Positions 57,740 to 64,000 of a stretch of 64,000 nucleotides of DNA are shown here, piece after piece (the first letter of the stretch is position 1; each line of letters begins with the position of its first letter). The DNA is from Octopus vulgaris (lineage: Eukaryota). Under the pieces are notes generated by a model. The model ran no database searches and was not told the origin of the DNA. It worked only from the letters and a program-made list of their open reading frames with translations. A program made the position numbers and the translations under genes. The DNA lies in assembly GCA_951406725.2 (NCBI GenBank), contig OX597831.1:38502001-38566000 (forward strand), in the 5' to 3' direction.

Positions 57740-58037
57740 TACAATTATTCAATATGCGTCCTTATTAAATTCTTCTGTGTGTTAGAGTCCTCAACCGATG
57801 TTAGGCGATAATCCCAAAAAGCCGTATTAGCTCTTAGTGAAGAATAGCGTCGTTCGGGAGGTAATTTATTGGTAAAAACGGTAAGATAACAAAAGAAAGA
57901 AAGAGACCTCAATATTATGTAAATAGAGGAAATTTATCTATAAAATCATATCTTACAATTATTCAATATGCGTCCATATTAAATTCTTCTGTTTGTTAGA
58001 GTCCTCAACCGATGTTAGGCGATAATCCAAAAAAGCC
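57740..58037 (+). repeat. direct repeat of about 85 bp (57740-57823 and 57953-58037), pLTR-like
   Basis: TTACAATT(T)ATTCAATATGCGTCC...CCGATGTTAGGCGATAATCC(C/A)AAAAAGCC occurs twice. Confidence 0.8.
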
Positions 58038-58077
58038 CGAACTTTTATATATATATATGTGTGTATATGTATGTATG

Positions 58078-58108
<31 letters not shown>

Positions 58109-58964
58109 GTATATATATATATGTATATGTATGTATATATATATACGTGTGTGTGTGTCTGTGTGTGGGTCTGTATGTGTGTGTATATATCTATATATAT
58201 TCATGCTAGCTGTCTACTTGTTGCACAAGCATGACCATCCTTGACAGATGTGTCAACAATGTCCGTGTTAGCCAAATTAAATCGAGCATTGTTTATATAA
58301 CACCATAGCGACTCTCATTACCAGCACGAAGAAACTCACGGTAGAGCAGCAGATTTTATATGTGTTAGCCGCCTCCTGCCAAGAGCGTTGTCAAAGACCA
58401 GTTGCCATTTGGTGAATAGATTTTTCTTTTAAATATTATTTTTCATTAAATATAGAATTCTCTATGTCATACTTAACACGGATATACAGAGTCGTAAGTG
58501 TGGAATTCGTTTCGGGAAAGCAACTCGTGGTGACATATAATATTAGAAATACGAAAATGTATTAGTGACAGACGAACTAATAATGATTATGTAGCTAATA
58601 ATGGAATTTTATGCAGCTTCCAGGTTAATTACGTCGCCATTGTTTAGTTAAACCACTGCTATCTTGTGTCAGTGAATCATAAATTAGATCTAGTATGCGG
58701 TTGCTGGTTGATGATTGCTACCAATGATGCTCAAAGCTGCAGAAATACGTTTTTCGTAATTTCACTACCGCTACAACACATTTTTGACTACTTTATTCGT
58801 AAATACATATGTACATCCTTACGTGCACTAACGAGGAGATAATTAATAAAATTTCTTACGACGCTCGAGATACCTTCACGCATATAAATGTACTTTCGTA
58901 CAATGCAGTGAGAATGAATTTTGAGTAACCGTTAACTTAATTTACTTTAAGGTATACTCTCTTT

Positions 58965-59369
58965 TTTCTCTTTTTACTTGTTTCAGTCATTTGACTGCGG
59001 CCAAGCTGGAGCACCGCCTTTAGTCGAGCAAATCGACCCCGGGACTTGTTCTTTGTAAGCCCAGTACTTATTCTATCGGTCTCTTTTGCCGAACCGCTAA
59101 GTGACAGGGACGTAAACACACCAGCATCGGTTGTCAAGCAATGCTAGGGGGACAGACACACAAACACACACACACACACACACTTATATATATATATACA
59201 TATATACGACAGGCTTCTTTCAGTTTCCGTCTACCAAATCCACTCACAAGGCATTAGTCGGCCCGGGGCTATAGTAGAAGACACTTACCCAAGATGCCAC
59301 GCAGTGGGACTGAACCCGGAACCATGTGGTTGGTTAGCAAGCTACTTACCACACAGCCACTCCTGCGCC
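58965..59369 (-). mobile_element. SINE family A, full length
   Basis: Near-identical to 39568-39962. Confidence 0.9.
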
Positions 59370-59834
59370 TATGGATTACTTAAGTTTACTTTTAACCTTC
59401 CCATTCTTAAAAAAACCAAGTAGATAATAAACTCGCTTTGTGATCATGAGTGAACGAAACCTCACGTGTGCCTATCCTCATATTTTTGCGGACGTTGTAT
59501 GAGCGAGTGTACTCGTGCCATGTATCTTGCCCGAGGGCATTTATACATCCATATGGTAACGATTATTTTTAATATTTTTTCTGGCTGGATTGCGTGTTCA
59601 TTTCTCTTTTTGCCATCTGTGATTTTACTTTTGATCTTCTATATAAATGAAGATATTTCCACCGTCTCGCTGCTTTTATCTCTACAAAACGAAATGTTAC
59701 ATTACGCAACAGCCATTTCAACGAGTTGTATAACGATCTGTTTTCGTAGCGTTTTTCAGATGGCCAGATAACCGAAGAGATGGTGGTGCGGATTTCCACC
59801 TCAGCTACCGAATAATTGTCACATATTATTTTAC

Positions 59835-59871
<37 letters not shown>

Positions 59872-60122
59872 TTTTAGTCTAACATATAGTATATACTAGA
59901 CTAAAAATTATCTATACATTCAATTTGGCTGAAATTCTTGGTTGGGCTATGAGGCTGAATTGGGTGCGTACGGAGCCATGTAGGCATTGATGTGATGATC
60001 AATTCCCAGTGGTTAGGCCCCTTTTTTTCAGTCAATTGTTTAGGTTTAATCGCTCTAAATGGAGCATATATTATCATATGAAAATATATGATTACAATTC
60101 TTATATATATATGTGTGCGTCT

Positions 60123-60310
60123 GGGGGGTGCAATGGCCCAGTGGTTAGGGAAGCGGACTCGCGGTCGTAGGATCGCCGTTTCTATTTCTAATTGAGCGAA
60201 AAAACCTAAACCTCCACGAGGTTCCGACACAGGGTGGTGGCGAACCCTGATGTACTCTTTCACCACAACTTTCTCTCACTCTTTCTTCCTGTTTCTCTTG
60301 TACCTTTCTT
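60123..60310 (+). mobile_element. SINE family C, truncated
   Basis: GCAATGGCCCAGTGGTTAGGGAAGCGGACTCGCGGTCGTAGGATCG. Confidence 0.8.
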
Positions 60311-60752
60311 TCAGCATGTGTTTGGAAAGCCATCTTCCTACGACGCAGCCATTTATAAAAAAATATACATATGAATATGTATGTACATATATATGTACAT
60401 ACCTGTATGTATGTGCGTTTGTGAGTGTGTGTGTGTTTATGTGCGTGTGTATGTGTGTTGCTGTTACAGGTGACTGCTTTTACATTAGTTAATGTTTGTC
60501 AGGAAAAACAAACATCTATTGTTATAATCACAACGAATTTTCTAATCGAGTGTATACATGCCGGGAGACGTTTATATTATAAATGAGGAACAATAATGAT
60601 GACATGTAATCTGAGGTCTCATATTACGTTGTACCGCCATAGTTCTTGATGTCGTTTGACCATTATATACATAGTTATCTCAATACTAGCATTAGGTATA
60701 TACATACAGAGATACATACATACATATATACATACACACATACATACATACA

Positions 60753-60835
<83 letters not shown>

Positions 60836-61542
60836 AAACATTTAAGTGTCATAACTGTGTAGTATTTAAATGCAGCTGCATAATGTTTCCATTGAATAAG
60901 TCCACATTCAGTAATGAACCAAAAGACACTTATACGTTTCTGCCTTTCTTGATTGATATGGTATCATTGCTTCGTAGATTATTGATAACTTGAAGCATTT
61001 TCTAACTACAATTCTCTTTAGTTCTGTAATTATATCGGCTACTTCTGTGTTAATGATCGCTACTTCAGAACTAGCTCATTATTAGCATTGTAACGTATTT
61101 CGTACCGTCTTCGCTTATCTTGACGTTGTTTTTATTAAGTATCATTCGCGAGTTGTGCCTTTCAAGTAGTTGTGAGGCTGTGCTTAGAGAACGTTCGTGG
61201 GAATTTAGTGCGACGTTATCTATTTTGATTTCCATGCTTGCTCTGAAATTGAGTAAGGAGTTCGATAACTTGTGAGTTATTCTGGATACTCAGCACAGCA
61301 ACTACACCGCCTTTTCTTTCCTTAACTAGTTACAGCTCCAAAGCTGCCACTAAAAGAACTATCTTAATAAGTTGACGAAAGAGAGCAAGCGAGAAAGCTC
61401 CGCACCGTAGTGAGACAAGCTCACAAGTGAGGAAGCAGTTATACCCATGTTTACGTGATTTCGAACAGTGATGCGTTGCATCTCACTTCTCGTCAGGGAG
61501 TCTTACTGCACCTAAGGTTCTAATTGCTCATGGGCCACATCC

Positions 61543-61992
<450 letters not shown>

Positions 61993-61993
<1 letters not shown>

Positions 61994-62180
61994 CATGGTT
62001 AATCCAAACGGGAAAACAGAAAAAACAACAACACGTGGAACAATTACAGTATTATTATTATTAGGCGCTCAGGAAAATGGAAGAAGGAGGGTATGACGTT
62101 TCGAGCGAAGCTCTTCGTCGGAAACATAGGAGAAAGAAAGATCCCGAGACGGGAGGACAGAGGAAAAAAAATTGCAGGTA
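61993..62180 (-). mobile_element. short HHR-bearing element H2, minimal hammerhead at 62091-62125 (U4C core, GUC site)
   Basis: Reverse complement GTTT-CCGACGA-A-GAGC TTC GCTC-GAAAC-GTC-ATAC. Confidence 0.75.
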
Positions 62181-62564
62181 GTCGGGGTGGAAATAGCACA
62201 TAATTAAGTTTAAGACATTTCCGTTTGAGAGGGTATTTAATAAAAGTTTGTATAAATAAAAATATTAATATTTAAGGATCGGATTTATTTCATCCTATCA
62301 AATATTAGGAAAAATCATAAAAATTTGGAAAGTTTGCAGTAAAAACAATCTCTCTTCAGTCTGGTGGTCAAAAACATATTTGGAATTTTTTCTTTGAAGT
62401 CTTGTTTAAATTTAGTTTATTGTAGATATCAAAGTGTTAGAGAGTGAGAGAATGGATGTCCATAGTCTAAAAGAAATCTTTGTGTGTTCCTGTCAAGGGA
62501 ATGTCTAAAAAGCACTTATTGAATGGGTTTTATGTCCACCTGTGTGTGTGAGGGTATGTGTGTA

Positions 62565-62643
<79 letters not shown>

Positions 62644-63274
62644 TGTGTTGAATGTCATTTCAATATATTTTGGAAAATGACCAGCGGTGAGATCATGGGT
62701 GTGTATGTTGTGAAGAATTTCTGTTGAAAATAGTTAGGATTTTTCTTTGGTTTGGTTGTATTCTTTTGAATGTCTCCACCTGTGTGCGTCTGTGATGTTT
62801 ACTTTTGTATCTATGTGTGTATGTGTGTGTACAGAGTTGTATGTGTGAAGGTGTTTTCTTTTGTATGCATGTGTGTGTGTTTGTGATGTTTCTAATGTAC
62901 GTGAGTGCATGTGTTTACGTTTGTGTATGTGTTTTTGTGTTTGTGTGTATGTTTGTGTGTGTGAATTTGTGTGTGTGTGTGTGTGTGTGTGTAGGTGTGT
63001 GTTGGCATATATGTATACTGAAAAAAGATTTAGTAGATGATGGGAAGTATTTTGTAAAAAATTATATTTATATGTATAAAATGGTAATACAGTGTATAAA
63101 ACCTTCAAAATCAAGTTAAATCTCACCTATCTACGTACTCACATGCAATTGTTGCCAAAATAATTACATAGGTCACACGGGTAGATCGTTACGCAACAGA
63201 ATGACGACCCATCGCCAACAGATCTCTAATCTTTTTTCAACTATGTATATGTATGTGTGTATCATGTACTCTTC

Positions 63275-63360
63275 CGTCGTTAGCCGACGTATCAGGGTTC
63301 CCCAATTTCTTGCCGAACGACCACATAAATGGTTTGCTTATAGTGATCAAGTGTTTGTAG
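63275..63360 (+). mobile_element. possible Gypsy gag N-terminal remnant
   Basis: VSRRIRVPQFLAERPHKWFAYSDQVF resembles the KLPPFW..xPxxWFxQxExxF gag motif. Confidence 0.35.
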
Positions 63361-63454
63361 ACACATGTGCTTACTCCCTAAATCAAACTGACATTACCTG
63401 TACAGATGTACCGTATGGTACATATGAGATGATGAAATGGTCGTACAGCAACCT

Positions 63455-63568
63455 AAAATGAAGTGATTTGCTCAAGAACACAACGCAACGCCCGGTCTGA
63501 GAATCGAACCAACGATCTCGCAGTCGCGAGAGCGACATCCTAACCAGTAAGCCATGCGCCTTAACGTA

Positions 63569-63599
<31 letters not shown>

Positions 63600-63710
63600 A
63601 TTGATGACGGAAATGGAAGATTTAGTTCCCAGCTTGGGGAACACATACGCCATAGAAACGGGAAAACCGGGCTCATGAGCCTGGCTAGACTTTAAAAGGA
63701 CGCATTTGTT
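63455..63710. mobile_element. SINE C-related head (minus, 63455-63562) and tail type 2 fragment (plus, 63628-63705)
   Basis: GCCCGGTCTGAGAATCGAACC...CCATGCGCC; GGGGAACACATACGCCATAGAAACGGG. Confidence 0.65.
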
Positions 63711-64000
63711 TTTACAGCTGTCTCAGAGGGCTACGGTATTGAGCATCTTGTTGTATTGCATCATTCAATGCATACCCTGTCACTTCAGGTTCTTGGTGTA
63801 AAAAGTAATATCGCACTAGATATACCTTCTGTCAGTGTATCTACATACAAGGAGCGAGAACAACATGTGAGGGAGAACTCTGTATATCTGAACCATGAAC
63901 TGACTCAAACGCATATCGAAAACAACTGTGAGCCTATAATAAATACATAAATGCATATATGCCATTCGTTCTCTATATTTTATGTGCCACTCTGTAAAAA

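Noticed and set aside
59435-59475. GTGATCA...GAAAC, a possible second G3-C8 core
   Set aside because: Stem II and stem I do not pair convincingly, and the site would be GUG.

Overview
AT-rich, microsatellite-saturated animal (eukaryotic) non-coding DNA. The SINE families look like those of octopus/coleoid cephalopods; this is an inference from recalled sequence, not a search. No intact host gene can be supported, and most of the ORF track is translated microsatellite. The window is a layered deposit of decayed mobile elements: three abundant tRNA-type SINE families, stacked R4/Dong-like retroelement pieces in (TAA)n arrays, a TIR/TSD-complete Mutator (MULE) element that interrupts a CR1-like LINE and itself carries a pogo-type MITE, three Tc1/mariner lineages (DD37D, DD41D-like, mariner), an RTE LINE, a hAT MITE and Penelope-like (PLE) fragments. 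The most striking signal is about ten type I, mostly minimal, hammerhead-ribozyme (HHR) motifs with palindromic stem III. They sit in short PLE-type repeat units beside (TA)n tracts and long inverted repeats. Their cores include three different 3-8 pairs (C3-G8, U3-A8, G3-C8) and family-fixed U4C and A6U variants. All coordinates and folds were read by eye.
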